From NCBI RefSeq assembly GCF_009914755.1, contig NC_060926.1: DNA of 64,000 bases. The stretch is one strand, 5' to 3'. The notes below the pieces were generated by a model. That model saw nothing but the letters and a program-made list of their open reading frames with translations, was not told the origin of the DNA and ran no database searches. The stretch is from the human T2T-CHM13v2.0 reference genome, Homo sapiens. A program made the position numbers and the translations under genes. Below, piece after piece: positions 63,247 to 64,000 of the stretch (position 1 is its first letter; each line of letters begins with the position of its first letter).

Positions 63247-63569
<323 letters not shown>

Positions 63570-63594
63570 CTAAAAGAACAATTTTCAAAAGCAT

Positions 63595-64000
63595 GCAGAA
63601 AGTGAAGTTGGACCTTTACCTTACACCATATCCAAAAATCAACTAAAATGAATCAACAACTTAAACATAAGAGTTAAAATTATAAAACTCTTAGAAGAAA
63701 ACGGTGGAAAACTTTTGCAGTATTGGATTTAGCACTGATTTGGATATGACAACAAAAGCATGGACAACAAAAGAAGATACATATATTAGACTTCATCAAA
63801 ATCAAGAACTTGAACATCAAAGGACACTATCAAAAGAGTGAAAAGGCAGCCCATAGAATGAGAAAATATTTATAAATCATATATCTGATAAGGGGTTAAT
63901 ACCCAGAATAGGCTGGGGAGGGGGTGGCTCACGCCAGTAATCCCAACACTTTGGGAGGAAGGCAAATCGCTTGATGCCAGGAATCCAAAACCAGCCTGGG
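63595..64000 (+). mobile_element. L1M ORF2 fragment (to ~63910), then an Alu cut by the window edge
   Basis: aaaactcttagaagaaaac...gacttcatcaaaat...atatctgataaggggttaat; Alu start ggctgggg at 63911. Confidence 0.85.

Overview
Primate, human-like genomic DNA, dense in Alu, L1, LTR and DNA-transposon repeats. From the translated exons I recognise the LRRFIP1-RBM44 locus (human 2q37.3, from memory). The + strand carries the terminal coding exon of LRRFIP1 (3423-3533) and its 3' UTR, a ~17 kb repeat-rich spacer, a CpG-island promoter at ~22.3-23.45 kb, and RBM44. For RBM44 I place a non-coding exon 1 and 14 coding exons that I assembled by hand into one phase-consistent 3159-nt CDS (1052 aa from the first ATG, 1051 aa from the second). 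A splice donor after the stop codon implies a final UTR exon that I could not find in the window. Nearly all other ORFs in the track come from Alu, L1 or GC-rich sequence. I cannot demonstrate a wholly new biological system. The strongest leads are hypotheses: an LRRFIP1-to-RBM44 read-through splice landing on an in-frame TGA-ATG-ATG junction; FFAT-like and LC8-like motifs plus a TTC3/DZIP3-like architecture in RBM44; an E2F plus paired-MYB germline promoter module; a poly(A) signal abutting a splice donor; and several unusual retrotransposition products. Repeat subfamily names are by eye and repeat boundaries are approximate unless a target-site duplication (TSD) is quoted.
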